In this document: positions 31,071 to 42,017 of the stretch, piece by piece
How the letters are laid out: each line of letters begins with the position of its first letter
How positions within the stretch are numbered: position 1 is the stretch's first letter
Assembly (NCBI GenBank): GCA_963666285.1
Contig: OY762711.1
Source of the DNA: Sedimentisphaerales bacterium
Lineage (GTDB): Bacteria > Planctomycetota > Phycisphaerae > Sedimentisphaerales > SM23-30
Length of the DNA: 64,000 nucleotides
Reading direction: 5' to 3' (one strand)
Made by a program: the position numbers and the translations under genes
Notes under the pieces: model-generated
Seen by the model: only the letters and a program-made list of their open reading frames with translations
What the model was told of the DNA's origin: nothing
Database searches by the model: none

Positions 31071-33191
31071 CTAATTGAAATCTACAAAATTATCATCGAA
31101 AGGGATGGCTTGCTCTGCTTTACCGGCGGAAATTTTAGCAGGTTCATTTGGCATTGTGTCATTTGAACCGGTATCGGCTATCTGATGCAATATCTGGTCA
31201 GAGCGGCCTAATTGACTGCCAGGATTATTACCGTTAGCATTACAGTCAACATTACCACCAACCATTACAACCAGGTCTCTAACCACGCCATTCATAGTCT
31301 CAGCCTGAGCGGTAAGTTCCTCAGCAGCAGTAGCAGACTCTTCGGCAGCAGCTGCATTACTTTGAGTTACACCATCGACCTGAGTAATAGCATCTTTCAG
31401 CTGAGCGATAGCAGAGGCCTGTTCACTATTGGCGGAAGAAATATTACCAACATAAGTAGTAGTTTTTTCAACCGCATCAGCTATTTCGCCAAGCAGTCCA
31501 CCGACAACCGAGACTATCTCTACCCCATTATTGGCATTCTTAACAGATTCTTCGATCATTTCTGTCGTACTGCGAGCTGCTTCAGCAGATCGCATGGCAA
31601 GATTGCGTACCTCTTCGGCAACAACAGCAAAGCCTTTACCAGCCTCACCGGCACGAGCAGCTTCAACCGCGGCGTTTAAGGCAAGTAAGTTTGTCTGGAA
31701 AGCAATCTCGTCAATGGTTTTAACAATTTTACTTGTTTCTTCAGATGATTTCTGAATATCGTCAATAGCATTTTTCATCTGTTCCATAGCCTCGCTGCCC
31801 TTGCCAGTTGAAACATAAACCTGCTGGGCAAACTGATCGGCATTTTGGGCATTTTCGGCATTAGAATGTGTCTGATCAACAATATCAGATATTGAACTTG
31901 ACACTTCTTCTATGCCGGCGGCCTGTTCACAACTGCCGTCAGCTAAAGACTGCGAAGCTTTAGAAACTTCCGAGGCGGCGGCAGCCACCTGGCCGGCACC
32001 CATAGTCATCAGGTTGATAATATTGCGAAGAGATTTGACAATAGCACCGCATACTATGATAGAAACACCAATCGCAACAATTGCAATAACAATACCGGAG
32101 ACAGAAGAAAGATTAACAACATGATTTATAGAATCACACATATTATGAGAATCAATATCAGCTTTCTCACTGCTTTGAGTAACAAGAGCAACCTGATCAG
32201 AGATTTGCTTTTCCAACATTTCCGTTAAGGAATTAACTGAACTTCTAAAATGATCAAAGGCAACAAGGGCATTATTATGACACTCTTTCCTGGATAACTG
32301 GCTGTTGATACTCTCGGCACACAAATCAACTACAGCAACAGAATCTGCCTGCCATTTGTCAAAATACCCCTTAAGCTCGGTGTAAACAGCTTTCATATCA
32401 TTATTAAAAACAGAAGCAGCTTCAGCGGTTCTATCAGCAACCTGCTGAATATTAGAGACATTATCATCAATAATCCCCTTGATTTTTTCAGGAGAATTAC
32501 ACTGCAAAGCCTGTACCTGGGCAAGATAAGCCTGATACATATCCCGGTCTGCACTAAGTATCAAAGAAAAACTATCAAATAGTTTATTCATCTCATTTTT
32601 AGAGAAATTTTCTCTGTCGGCAATGGATTTGATTTCATTTTCGAGCAGGTTTTCAATTTTGTCAACAGCGTTGCGCATAAAATTAAACTGTTCGATATTG
32701 TTTTCCATGAGCAGTTGACGTTTATTGAAATTGTCAGCCAATTCAACAGAAATTTTGAGAGTTTTTCTGCTATTGTCTTTCCAGACCTGGTATTGCTCTT
32801 CAAATACTTTATACTGCTGCTTCATGCTTTCATCAAAACCGGCAGAAGACAGATTCACACGCTGCTGAACCTGTTCAATGTTTTCCAGGTTGTCAACATC
32901 AAGCTTCTGAAGCGTCTGAGTATCAGAAGTTTCCATAGCTTCAACCTGAGCCAGGTATGCCTGGTATGCATCGCGATCAGCATTCAAAAGATAGGCGATC
33001 GACTCGTTTGATTGATTGATCTCCGGAATTTCTTCCTGAACAATAGGCATAAAAACATCGTTTACAGTTTTTTCTACCTGGTCAGCGACATTGAGCATTT
33101 GGACGCGGCTGTAACCGGCAAATAAAAGTAAACCTACAACCGGAATCGAAACAGTAACTAAAATCTTTGCTTTAATAGTCATCTTTAACAA
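31071..33191 (-). CDS. Methyl-accepting chemotaxis protein
   Basis: Two TMs, [34 protein letters not shown] hairpin, C-terminal FVDFN. Confidence 0.95.
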   Translation of the reverse strand: MLKMTIKAKILVTVSIPVVGLLLFAGYSRVQMLNVADQVEKTVNDVFMPIVQEEIPEINQSNESIAYLLNADRDAYQAYLAQVEAMETSDTQTLQKLDVDNLENIEQVQQRVNLSSAGFDESMKQQYKVFEEQYQVWKDNSRKTLKISVELADNFNKRQLLMENNIEQFNFMRNAVDKIENLLENEIKSIADRENFSKNEMNKLFDSFSLILSADRDMYQAYLAQVQALQCNSPEKIKGIIDDNVSNIQQVADRTAEAASVFNNDMKAVYTELKGYFDKWQADSVAVVDLCAESINSQLSRKECHNNALVAFDHFRSSVNSLTEMLEKQISDQVALVTQSSEKADIDSHNMCDSINHVVNLSSVSGIVIAIVAIGVSIIVCGAIVKSLRNIINLMTMGAGQVAAAASEVSKASQSLADGSCEQAAGIEEVSSSISDIVDQTHSNAENAQNADQFAQQVYVSTGKGSEAMEQMKNAIDDIQKSSEETSKIVKTIDEIAFQTNLLALNAAVEAARAGEAGKGFAVVAEEVRNLAMRSAEAARSTTEMIEESVKNANNGVEIVSVVGGLLGEIADAVEKTTTYVGNISSANSEQASAIAQLKDAITQVDGVTQSNAAAAEESATAAEELTAQAETMNGVVRDLVVMVGGNVDCNANGNNPGSQLGRSDQILHQIADTGSNDTMPNEPAKISAGKAEQAIPFDDNFVDFN

Positions 33192-33707
33192 CTCTTTCTC
33201 TATGAAACAATTAACAATTTATTAACATTCGTGCCTTACGAATATTAAGTCTGACTTTCAGATGGCGAAGTTTAACATCGGGCATAGATAAATAACTTTT
33301 TTTCCTAAATTTTAACGTTTCTATGAAAAAAAAACACAGATAAGTTTTTTCAAAAAAACTAATTAAAACATAAAAACAGCGATAACAGAACAAAGGGAAT
33401 TATGTAAATATAAAAAAAAATAGAAGCGGCAGGAATAATTATAGGACTTTAACCTTTATGTAATTCATACTAAAAACACATTATTGGACGCAAAGAAGTG
33501 TAGTACTAAAACTAGCAATTAATAATGCAGAGAACCCACATTAATAAAGAATTTTTAACATTTCTTCTGATTCTTGATATTCAGAGTAATTCAGCAGTCT
33601 AACTTTCAGGATTAACTTAATATTAATCTTGCTTCATCTGCTATAATTATTATATGATATCACTTTCGATGCAATGTCGAAGAATACATAACTATATGGA
33701 GAAAATA

Positions 33708-35033
33708 ATGTTAGCAAAAGCAAGAGTTTGGAAATACGTGGTATTGTGCCTGCTGCTGATAAGTGCAACACTATCAGCAAAGGCCAAAAATGTGATACTT
33801 ATGATAGCAGACGGCGGCGGAATAAACGAAAATGCCGCGGCAAGCTATTACGAATATGGCGAGATCGGTCACCAGGTATATGACAAGCCGGTCGGCAGCC
33901 ATAAATGGGTGCGGCTGGGCTGTACAACATACAGTGCAGGCGGAGAATATAACCCGGAGAAGATGTGGTCAGATTTCAATCACCAACTGCATGGATATAC
34001 CGACTCGGCAGCAGCAGCGTCAGCATTAAATACCGGGACAAGGGTAACCAACGGTCGAATCAACATGACAGACGATGGCATTCCACTTGACACCTTTGCA
34101 AAAGATGTCGTTCAAACAGGACGATCAGCAGGTATAGTAACAGATGTTCCAATGGCACACGCAACACCATCCGGAGTCTGGGGCCATAATATGGACAGAA
34201 ATAACATCCCAGAACTTTTTAGCGAAATCGCCTTTAACTCTCCCGGTTTGAAGGTTGCTATCGGGGCCGGTAACCCGAGATATGACAATGATGGTAAAAG
34301 GCAGGACGAGTATAATGATTCCGGGTATTTTCCAGCTAAAGCAGACTGGCAGAAGCTACACTCTAAACGTAATGACGGCTGGTATTTCACAAGTAAGCGT
34401 TACGATGTTCTAGCCATTGCCAACCAGGAGAAGAAAGTTGACCGGCTATTCGTGGTACCTCAAGTTGGCGAAACATTCCAGGCCAGACGCAGCGGAAAGG
34501 GATTTGAACCTTTGACTGATACCGTCCCGCGTTTATCTGAATGCGCAAGAGCAGCGTTAGAAACACTGAATCAAAATGATAAAGGTTTTTACCTAATGAT
34601 AGAAGGCGGAGCTATTGACTGGGAAGGTCACGCCAATAACCTGGAAAGAAATATTCAACAGTATATGCTGTTTAATAAAACTGTTAAAGAAGTTGTGGCA
34701 TGGGTAGAAGCAAACAGCAGCTTTGACGAGACTCTTTTGATTGTTACCGCAGACCATGAAACCGGCGGTTTGTGGGGTACAAAGGGCAATTTTGAACCTA
34801 TTGGCAACAATGGAAAAGGAAAGCTGCCAACCGCAAACTTTAACAGCGGCAACCACAGTAACCAGTTGGTACCACTATTTGCTATCGGCGCAGGAAGCGA
34901 AAAATTCCTTGAACTGATAGACGGTAAAGATCTGAAAGCAGCAGAAACCTATAAAGCACTTGTAGGCTGGGAAGGTGATTATGTTGAAAACGTCGATATT
35001 TATACTGTGATGAAAAACAGCATAAAAGAATAA
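33708..35033 (+). CDS. Alkaline phosphatase (PhoA family), secreted
   Basis: NVILMIADG, catalytic TDSAAA, HATP, EGGAIDWEGH, TADHETGG; ATG 33708 after GGAGA. Confidence 0.9.
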   Translation: MLAKARVWKYVVLCLLLISATLSAKAKNVILMIADGGGINENAAASYYEYGEIGHQVYDKPVGSHKWVRLGCTTYSAGGEYNPEKMWSDFNHQLHGYTDSAAAASALNTGTRVTNGRINMTDDGIPLDTFAKDVVQTGRSAGIVTDVPMAHATPSGVWGHNMDRNNIPELFSEIAFNSPGLKVAIGAGNPRYDNDGKRQDEYNDSGYFPAKADWQKLHSKRNDGWYFTSKRYDVLAIANQEKKVDRLFVVPQVGETFQARRSGKGFEPLTDTVPRLSECARAALETLNQNDKGFYLMIEGGAIDWEGHANNLERNIQQYMLFNKTVKEVVAWVEANSSFDETLLIVTADHETGGLWGTKGNFEPIGNNGKGKLPTANFNSGNHSNQLVPLFAIGAGSEKFLELIDGKDLKAAETYKALVGWEGDYVENVDIYTVMKNSIKE

Positions 35034-35053
35034 ACTTTTACAGATATAAAAAC

Positions 35054-35096
35054 AAAAAGAGAAGCAAGGTTATATACCGCCCTGCTTCTCTTTTTT
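35054..35096. terminator. Bidirectional terminator
   Basis: AAAAAGAGAAGCA pairs with TGCTTCTCTTTTT between convergent genes. Confidence 0.75.
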
Positions 35097-35112
35097 ATAC
35101 TTCAAAAAATAA

Positions 35113-35541
35113 TCAAGCAATTTCAACCAGCTCAATCTCAAAAGTCAGATCTTCGCCGGCAAGCTGATGGTTACCATCAAGCGTGATATGGGTTTCAGTG
35201 ATTTTGGTAACAGTAACCGGCACAGCCTGGCCGTTGGGCTGAGGAAGATTGAACATCATCCCAACTTCAACTTTCATATCATCCGGAAAATGCTCTTTGG
35301 GAGCTTCCAATACCATATCATCGGTTTTTTGGCCATAGGCTTCATCGCAAGGAATTTCAATGGTTTTCTTTTCGCCAACTTCCATACCTTCGACAGCATT
35401 ATCGAATCCCGGAATCATCATCCCGGCGGCAACTTCAAATTCAAGCGGTTCGCGGCCATGCGAACAATCAAATTCTGTGCCGTCTTTTAGTGTGCCGCGA
35501 TAATGTACTTTAACTGTATCGCCTTTTTTTGCCTGTGCCAT
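35113..35541 (-). CDS. FKBP-type peptidyl-prolyl isomerase (SlyD/FkpB-like, no His-rich tail)
   Basis: VKVHYRGTL.DG..FD, IPGFD, EAYG, LDGNHQLAGEDLTF. Confidence 0.92.
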   Translation of the reverse strand: MAQAKKGDTVKVHYRGTLKDGTEFDCSHGREPLEFEVAAGMMIPGFDNAVEGMEVGEKKTIEIPCDEAYGQKTDDMVLEAPKEHFPDDMKVEVGMMFNLPQPNGQAVPVTVTKITETHITLDGNHQLAGEDLTFEIELVEIA

Positions 35542-36229
35542 TTATCATACCTCTAATTTTGGGCGTTATATTTTTTTCGCTATCTACTTTGAAGCGATGC
35601 AACATTTGCATTGGCATATCAGCGGGCAAAGATGCTTATTTCGTGTACCCATATGCCTGGTGATGCAAATACAATAAAAACATACATTTACGCCAAAACT
35701 CACAGCAAAAACAGGTATCCTGCCATAAGAACGGGAAAAAATGCATTACTAATTACACAGGATATAGGAAGTGCCGCTGAATAGCAAGAATATATACAGA
35801 AGGATGCGACAGCTGCCGGATATGAGCGACGAGAAAACATCGCAACAGGAAAAAATGTAATCAAATGTAAAATAAAGACTTAAGTGGAAAAGTTGTTTTT
35901 CATTGAAAGTGATTATAAGCCTGAAAAACAAAAAAACCGTAAAACCATAAACTGCAACTCCTTATAAATGATAGAATAGGTATTGTTGACATTTTTTGAA
36001 AAATCGTAACAGATTAACTATAAACTAATTTGCAAAATTTAATATTTAGATTATCATATAGCTTCGAAAAGAGTAAGTAATTCTTAGGTATTCAACCTGC
36101 TACACACCTGGTGAAAGATTTACCCAATTATTTTGTCTTTCTGCATTAATTGAATTCAAATGTATTGTTCATAAGTACATATTCAGTTAAGGGTATATCT
36201 ATGGATGTGAAAGAGAATACAAAGGAGCT

Positions 36230-37546
36230 ATGAGAATAATCTATATGCTATGTCTCGTGCTCGTCTGTCTTTTTTCCTCCCTGGTGCAAGCCGAAATCGG
36301 AGGGCTATTGGGCAGCGGTACGGCAATAGATCCATACCTGATAGAAAACCGTGAAGATCTCATGAGGTTCTCTAACAGCAGCTATGCGCATAAATACTGG
36401 CAAGCCGGTGTTTATGTTCGTTTGAAAGCTGATATAGAACTGAATACCAGCAGTACTACTGCACTGGCTGCCCCAGATTCAAAAGAGGACTTACCATATT
36501 CATATAACGGGGCAGGATTTGCCGGAATATTTGACGGCTGCGGCCATACCATATCCAATCTTAATATTGTCACAGAAGATCATCTGACAGAATACCTGGG
36601 ATTATTTGGAAAAGTAACCGGAACGGTCAGGAATTTAAAGCTGACTAACCTTATGATAATTACTCGAAATTCGATTAATTATGCCGGAGGTATCTGCGGC
36701 ATGAACGAAGGCGGCGAGATATCAAACTGCAGTATAAGCGGAATAATAATAACCAAAAGCAACTGCTACTACCTGGGCGGCATCTGCGGCGGCAATTATG
36801 GCGGTAAGATAACAGAGTGTCAGTCTGACTGCCTGATAAGAAGCGGCAGCTACTGCTGGTACCTTGGAGGGATATCAGGTTATAATGAACAGGGATATAT
36901 TTCCCGAAGTTTCGCTGAATATCGAATCTCTTCGGATAATTGCGGAATGGGACTGGGCGGGATATGCGGAGCCAATACCAAATCCGGTGTTGTAAGTAAC
37001 AGCTACGCAAATGGTAAAATATACTGCATGAAAAGAAACACTTTTGTCGGCGGTTTATGCGGGCTGAACAGCCATGGAGGCTACATTTTGAATAGCTATT
37101 CCGTGGGTGAAATACAAGCCGACTATGCAGTTGAACATTCAGGCGGATTGTGCGGCAGTAATACAGGCAGGATAAAAAACAGTTTCTGGGATACCGATAG
37201 TGGCGGAACAACCGGCAGCGGCGGTACAGGACTGGCAAATGCGGAAATGCGTCAACCAGCCACTTTTGCTAATGCCGGGTGGAGCGTTTACAGCAATAAA
37301 GGCAATGAAGCTATCTGGCAGGTTAATGAAGGAGAATACCCGGTATTAATTTGGGGGGTAAAAAACCCGACAGCTGATATTAATGGAGATGGAAAAGTTG
37401 ATATTCTGGACTTTGGCTGCTTTTCGGTAAGATGGCTGGAGGAACAATGCCAGGATAAGAACTGGTGTGACGGGACAGATATTGATATGTCAGGCGAAGT
37501 AGACCGCCGGGACCTGGAGTGTATTTTGGAAAAATGGTTGGAATAG
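36230..37546 (+). CDS. Secreted GLUG-repeat protein with dockerin-like C-terminus
   Basis: GSGTAIDPYLI, FDGCGHTISNL, repeated GG(I/L)CG.N units, ADINGDGKVD..DF and DIDMSGEVD..DL EF-hand-like motifs. Confidence 0.85.
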   Translation: MRIIYMLCLVLVCLFSSLVQAEIGGLLGSGTAIDPYLIENREDLMRFSNSSYAHKYWQAGVYVRLKADIELNTSSTTALAAPDSKEDLPYSYNGAGFAGIFDGCGHTISNLNIVTEDHLTEYLGLFGKVTGTVRNLKLTNLMIITRNSINYAGGICGMNEGGEISNCSISGIIITKSNCYYLGGICGGNYGGKITECQSDCLIRSGSYCWYLGGISGYNEQGYISRSFAEYRISSDNCGMGLGGICGANTKSGVVSNSYANGKIYCMKRNTFVGGLCGLNSHGGYILNSYSVGEIQADYAVEHSGGLCGSNTGRIKNSFWDTDSGGTTGSGGTGLANAEMRQPATFANAGWSVYSNKGNEAIWQVNEGEYPVLIWGVKNPTADINGDGKVDILDFGCFSVRWLEEQCQDKNWCDGTDIDMSGEVDRRDLECILEKWLE

Positions 37547-37579
37547 TGGTAGATTGAAATGGTATTTGGCTGAATTGAT

Positions 37580-37610
37580 AAAAGGCCCGGACGAGATATC
37601 CGAGCCTTTT
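37580..37610. terminator. Bidirectional terminator
   Basis: AAAAGGCCCGGA pairs with TCCGAGCCTTTT. Confidence 0.7.
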
Positions 37611-37688
37611 AACTATATAAAGTAATGCGGGGAACGCTTGAACGTTTAGTCAATTAATAGTTAAACGCTCATTATCATAAAACCTGTT

Positions 37689-39578
37689 TTACAGCAGTTT
37701 TTCAAAATCTTCAACCTCGCCGCCATTCAGACAGCATTTGATAATATCAACACCCAGCTGGTCAAGTTCAGGATGGAGAATCTTTTTGAGTTCCTTCTCG
37801 AAGAATCTGTATAACATACCTGATCCCCGATCATAGCCATCATTACCAATCTCACGCTGTAAGTTCGTCTGGAGCAGCCATTCCGGAATCGGAGTGCCTT
37901 CAACCTGCATAGAGTTGAGAGCATAGCCAAGCAGCGTACAACGAGCTTCAGTAATCTGTTTATCCCTGAATTTAGCCTCGCCTCTTCTGCCAAGATATTC
38001 TCTTGATATCCACTGCGGCATAAAACCAGTTGCCCAGCAGCCAACATGCTGATTGGGAATAAGGACATATCGAACCTTTTCGGTCTGCTGCATTTGTCTG
38101 AGCAGCAGGTTTGCCTGGTCAACAACACGACCGGTAGCAAACGGCCAGTATGAACCGACACCTTCACTAACAATGCCGGCATCATCATCAGCAGTAACAC
38201 TTGGGTTGCCGTGCCCGCGAGGAGCAACCAGTCGCCATAGCCACGCAAGAGCAGGCGGAAGAATATGCAGGTAACCGAGAATACCGTAGCTTGGATTTTC
38301 GCGGGTACAAGGAGGAGTTCGCACACCAAAACTTCTAATCATAACATCGGCAGGCTCTTTAACAGCATCAGGCACATATTCACGCGGCATAATAACACGC
38401 GGGTTCGGGCAAGGACTGCCGGGTTCATCCATAGTATGCTGCCAGATAAGAGCGGTGGCATCCGGCGCAGAGTCAATATTAAGAAATATCAAAGGGGCCG
38501 GAGGATGAACAGTAAGGCCTTCCAGATGCGGGTCTGTGCCGTATTTGTCAATGTGGTTAACGCGCAGGAACCATGCCGCCTCAGCATCCCTGACACGCAG
38601 GTATCCATCAGTCTTTTCAGATACCGGATAGGTAAGAGCCATATCATCGGTTACCGGGTAGAGGCGACATGTCTGATTGATATTAAGCGTACGCTCTTCG
38701 CCATTGAGAATATTTTTGGCGATAAGCAGACGACCATCATCTTCACGGTGCGGATATTCGAGCATCTCACTCTTTCCACCACCGGAAGCACCTTCGTGCA
38801 TAATGGTTGTAATATTATCATATGGAGTTTCAACCTGAACGGTTGAAGCATGCAGCGTCGGCCAGTCTTCAGCTTCACCAAGCGTAAGCAGAACACCGTA
38901 AACCCCCTTCTTGGCACTTGGGCCGGGATAGAGGTTATAAGCAAATACCTCGTGAACATCACTGAGCCGGTTATGAACAACAACCTGTTTTCCGTCAAAA
39001 TGAGTGTGTCGGAAAGGAGGCGCAAGATATATCACACTACAGAATTTGAAATCTTCCGGAACTTCATTCGGGTCAACCATACCCTGCAGGTCGGCCAGCC
39101 CGCCAATAAAGAAACCGGCATTCTTAGGAGAAATAAGTATGCCGCCCTTTTTAACAGTATTGTCCATACTTGCCAGTTTGAATATGGTAACAACTATATC
39201 CTGACTTTTAAGCCAATCGAAGGTATCATCACGGGTGAGGTCAAATGTAGTACCAAATTTATCAAGATAAGTCTGCTTGTCAGTTTGTTTATCATCAGCA
39301 ATATACATGCAGCCTGGATCACGCCGACGCATATACTGCTCGGTATAATTAACGACAAGTCCGTTACGCACTTTAGTTACTGTAGCTTCGAGATAATCTT
39401 TACCATCAACCGGGTAAGAAACCTCAAATGTGCCCTGTTCCATACCACCCATAGCCAGCGATAAGATCTCTTCGCGGTTTTTCGGCATGGTAACTGATTT
39501 TGCCCCTGACATAATTTCTTTGATCTGCTTTGGCAGATTAAGATTTTGCCAGGATTTGATAAAATTTACTTTCTTCAT
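37689..39578 (-). CDS. DUF4914-type protein with PEP carboxykinase-like motifs
   Basis: SAKKGVY, LHAS, P-loop GASGGGKS, VTDDM; 629 aa. DUF assignment is from recollection of the family. Confidence 0.7.
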   Translation of the reverse strand: MKKVNFIKSWQNLNLPKQIKEIMSGAKSVTMPKNREEILSLAMGGMEQGTFEVSYPVDGKDYLEATVTKVRNGLVVNYTEQYMRRRDPGCMYIADDKQTDKQTYLDKFGTTFDLTRDDTFDWLKSQDIVVTIFKLASMDNTVKKGGILISPKNAGFFIGGLADLQGMVDPNEVPEDFKFCSVIYLAPPFRHTHFDGKQVVVHNRLSDVHEVFAYNLYPGPSAKKGVYGVLLTLGEAEDWPTLHASTVQVETPYDNITTIMHEGASGGGKSEMLEYPHREDDGRLLIAKNILNGEERTLNINQTCRLYPVTDDMALTYPVSEKTDGYLRVRDAEAAWFLRVNHIDKYGTDPHLEGLTVHPPAPLIFLNIDSAPDATALIWQHTMDEPGSPCPNPRVIMPREYVPDAVKEPADVMIRSFGVRTPPCTRENPSYGILGYLHILPPALAWLWRLVAPRGHGNPSVTADDDAGIVSEGVGSYWPFATGRVVDQANLLLRQMQQTEKVRYVLIPNQHVGCWATGFMPQWISREYLGRRGEAKFRDKQITEARCTLLGYALNSMQVEGTPIPEWLLQTNLQREIGNDGYDRGSGMLYRFFEKELKKILHPELDQLGVDIIKCCLNGGEVEDFEKLL

Positions 39579-40010
39579 GGTTTTTCTCTACTTTTACTGT
39601 CATTCCGTACAGCATCTGTATGTACAGACTGCTTACCTTAGGTAATTTTAGGGAAATTCCGGTATTTAATGCGGGGTTCCATACCAAAATCAACACAATC
39701 CGGAATAATAGGCCGGCGATATAATCGCGTGTAAATTTTGCCTGTAAAGTACTTTGCGAGACTAATACTGCCTGCCCAATACTAACGAAATGTGGCAAAT
39801 CGATATAATATTATCGACAAAACAGAAAAAAGTCAAGAAAAAAACAGATTCTGGGCCTACCTGCCGAGAGGGAATAAATAGAAAAGTTAATCTACCAAAA
39901 CCTGAAAATCCGGCGATCAAGACATACCACGGGAATTACATAATCGAAAAAAGTGGTAGAAATAGAGGGGAAAGAACAAATGAAGAATTGCAATAATAAA
40001 CAGTAAAAAA

Positions 40011-40056
40011 TCTGCCTGGTATCCGGGACAAAATAAAATGCCCCAGATACCAGACA
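40011..40056 (-). terminator. Stem-loop downstream of MCP gene
   Basis: CTGGTATCCGGG pairs with CCCAGATACCAG; A-run on the plus strand gives a U-run on the minus strand. Confidence 0.6.
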
Positions 40057-40082
40057 AATAATCAAAACTACGAAAGTTAACT

Positions 40083-42017
40083 CTAATTAAAATCTATAAA
40101 ACTTTTTTCACTGGAAAGCCCCCAGTCATTTTCACTGGCAAATGAAGATTGGCCATTTGCGATATTATGAAAAGCTGAATCAGTTCTGCCAAATGTCTTG
40201 CCAGAATCCAGATTACCAGAAGCATTTCCACTAATGACAGAATTCAGTTCCATAACAATCTGATTCATCTGGATAGCCTGGGCACTGAGTTCTTCGGAGG
40301 CACTGGCAGATTCCTCGGCATTAGCAGAGTTCTCCTGAGTTATCTTATCCATCTGGCAGATAGCATTACTGATCTGCCCGATCCCCTGTGCCTGCTCATT
40401 ACTGGCTGCCGAGATATTACTAACCAGCTCGGCGGTTTTACCAATGTTTTCCACGATCTCATCCAAAACACAGGATACCTGCCCGGCAATTTCCACACCA
40501 TTCCTGGAATAATTAACAGCACCTTCGATCAAGGAAGAAGTGTTTTTGGCAGCTTCAGCAGAACGCATCGCCAGGTTTCTAACTTCTTCAGCAACAACAG
40601 CAAACCCTTTACCTGCCTCACCGGCACGAGCAGCTTCAACAGCAGCGTTCAAAGCCAGAAGATTGGTCTGGAAGGCAATTTCGTCGATCACTTTAATAAT
40701 CTTGGCTGTCTCATCGCTGGAATTCTGAATATCCAATATTGCCTCATTCATTTTCTGCATTTCTAAAATTCCCTGATCGGCAGACTTACTGGCTTTATCA
40801 GCAAGCTCGTTAGCAACTTTAGCATCAGCAGCACTCTGCTTTGTCATGGTTGACATTTCTTCAAGACTGGCAGATGACTCTTCCAGTCCGGCAGCCTGTT
40901 CGGTAGCACCCCTGGCAAGAGACTGAGAAGTAGAAGAAACCTGGTTAGCAGCATCGGTAACCTGTTCCGAACCTGAAGTCAGAGATGAGATTATTCTATT
41001 GATCGGCTTCACTATACCACTGGTCAAGACAAAGGCAATAATCATACCAATTACCACAGCTATCCCCGAAGAAGCTATGATCATGAAAGAGGCATTCTGT
41101 ACAATAGCCTCAGAGTCTTTTTCCAATTCCATGATCACTCCACCTACTTTGTCTCTTACAGATTTAGCATTACCCATAACCTGCCCGGCTTTTTCTTTCT
41201 GGTTCAACTGCTCCTGACGCTGAGTAGCGATACACTTACAAAAGATGTCAACCTGCTCCTTATAGCTATCCAGTGCCGGTATGGCTTTCTGAATAGCCTG
41301 CCTGGTTTTTTCAGACTTCATTATAGTTTCGGCTTTTAACAGATTTTCACGGGCCTGTCCTATATATTGTATCCATACCTTTGCCAGCTTATCCTGCTGC
41401 TCATGCTGAATAGCATTCAGACATTTATAAGATACAATATAAAAAGCATTAACAGATTCAAGACATTTATGAGCAAAAAAAGTATTTTGCACTAAATCTT
41501 TACTAACCTTACCATCTTTTTCTGTCTCCAGGGTATAAGATTCAGCAACTTCAACAATTGTATTAACACTATCCAAAACTATAGCAGCGAGTTCAGAACG
41601 AACCTTTCCGGCCTTGTTTTTTTCATTTTCCAAATTTACATAATCTTTGAAAGAATCATCATATTTTTTCATATTTTCATCAATAAGCCTGGCATCGCTT
41701 TTGATATCTGATGAAATGTCCATATTCTCAATTTCACCGGCTATATTGAGTATTATATTTGCCTGTTCTTCCTGCAGAGCTTCATATTTACTATCTTTAT
41801 AAATCACATATCTAAGACAATGAGCCTGCGTGTCCTGAGCAGCTGTTAAGATAGCGTTAGCTTTGTCAGCAACATCAACCTGCTTAACAATATTATCCAT
41901 AGCCCCAATAGTTCTTTGCAGACTGGAGTAGCCAATAAAAGCTACCAGCGACATAATCACTAATATACAAATAAAACCACCATACAACTTAACACTTAAT
42001 TTAACATTCTTCAGCAT
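40083..42017 (-). CDS. Methyl-accepting chemotaxis protein (paralog 1 of tandem pair)
   Basis: Two TMs, conserved signalling hairpin, C-terminal FIDFN. Confidence 0.95.
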   Translation of the reverse strand: MLKNVKLSVKLYGGFICILVIMSLVAFIGYSSLQRTIGAMDNIVKQVDVADKANAILTAAQDTQAHCLRYVIYKDSKYEALQEEQANIILNIAGEIENMDISSDIKSDARLIDENMKKYDDSFKDYVNLENEKNKAGKVRSELAAIVLDSVNTIVEVAESYTLETEKDGKVSKDLVQNTFFAHKCLESVNAFYIVSYKCLNAIQHEQQDKLAKVWIQYIGQARENLLKAETIMKSEKTRQAIQKAIPALDSYKEQVDIFCKCIATQRQEQLNQKEKAGQVMGNAKSVRDKVGGVIMELEKDSEAIVQNASFMIIASSGIAVVIGMIIAFVLTSGIVKPINRIISSLTSGSEQVTDAANQVSSTSQSLARGATEQAAGLEESSASLEEMSTMTKQSAADAKVANELADKASKSADQGILEMQKMNEAILDIQNSSDETAKIIKVIDEIAFQTNLLALNAAVEAARAGEAGKGFAVVAEEVRNLAMRSAEAAKNTSSLIEGAVNYSRNGVEIAGQVSCVLDEIVENIGKTAELVSNISAASNEQAQGIGQISNAICQMDKITQENSANAEESASASEELSAQAIQMNQIVMELNSVISGNASGNLDSGKTFGRTDSAFHNIANGQSSFASENDWGLSSEKSFIDFN

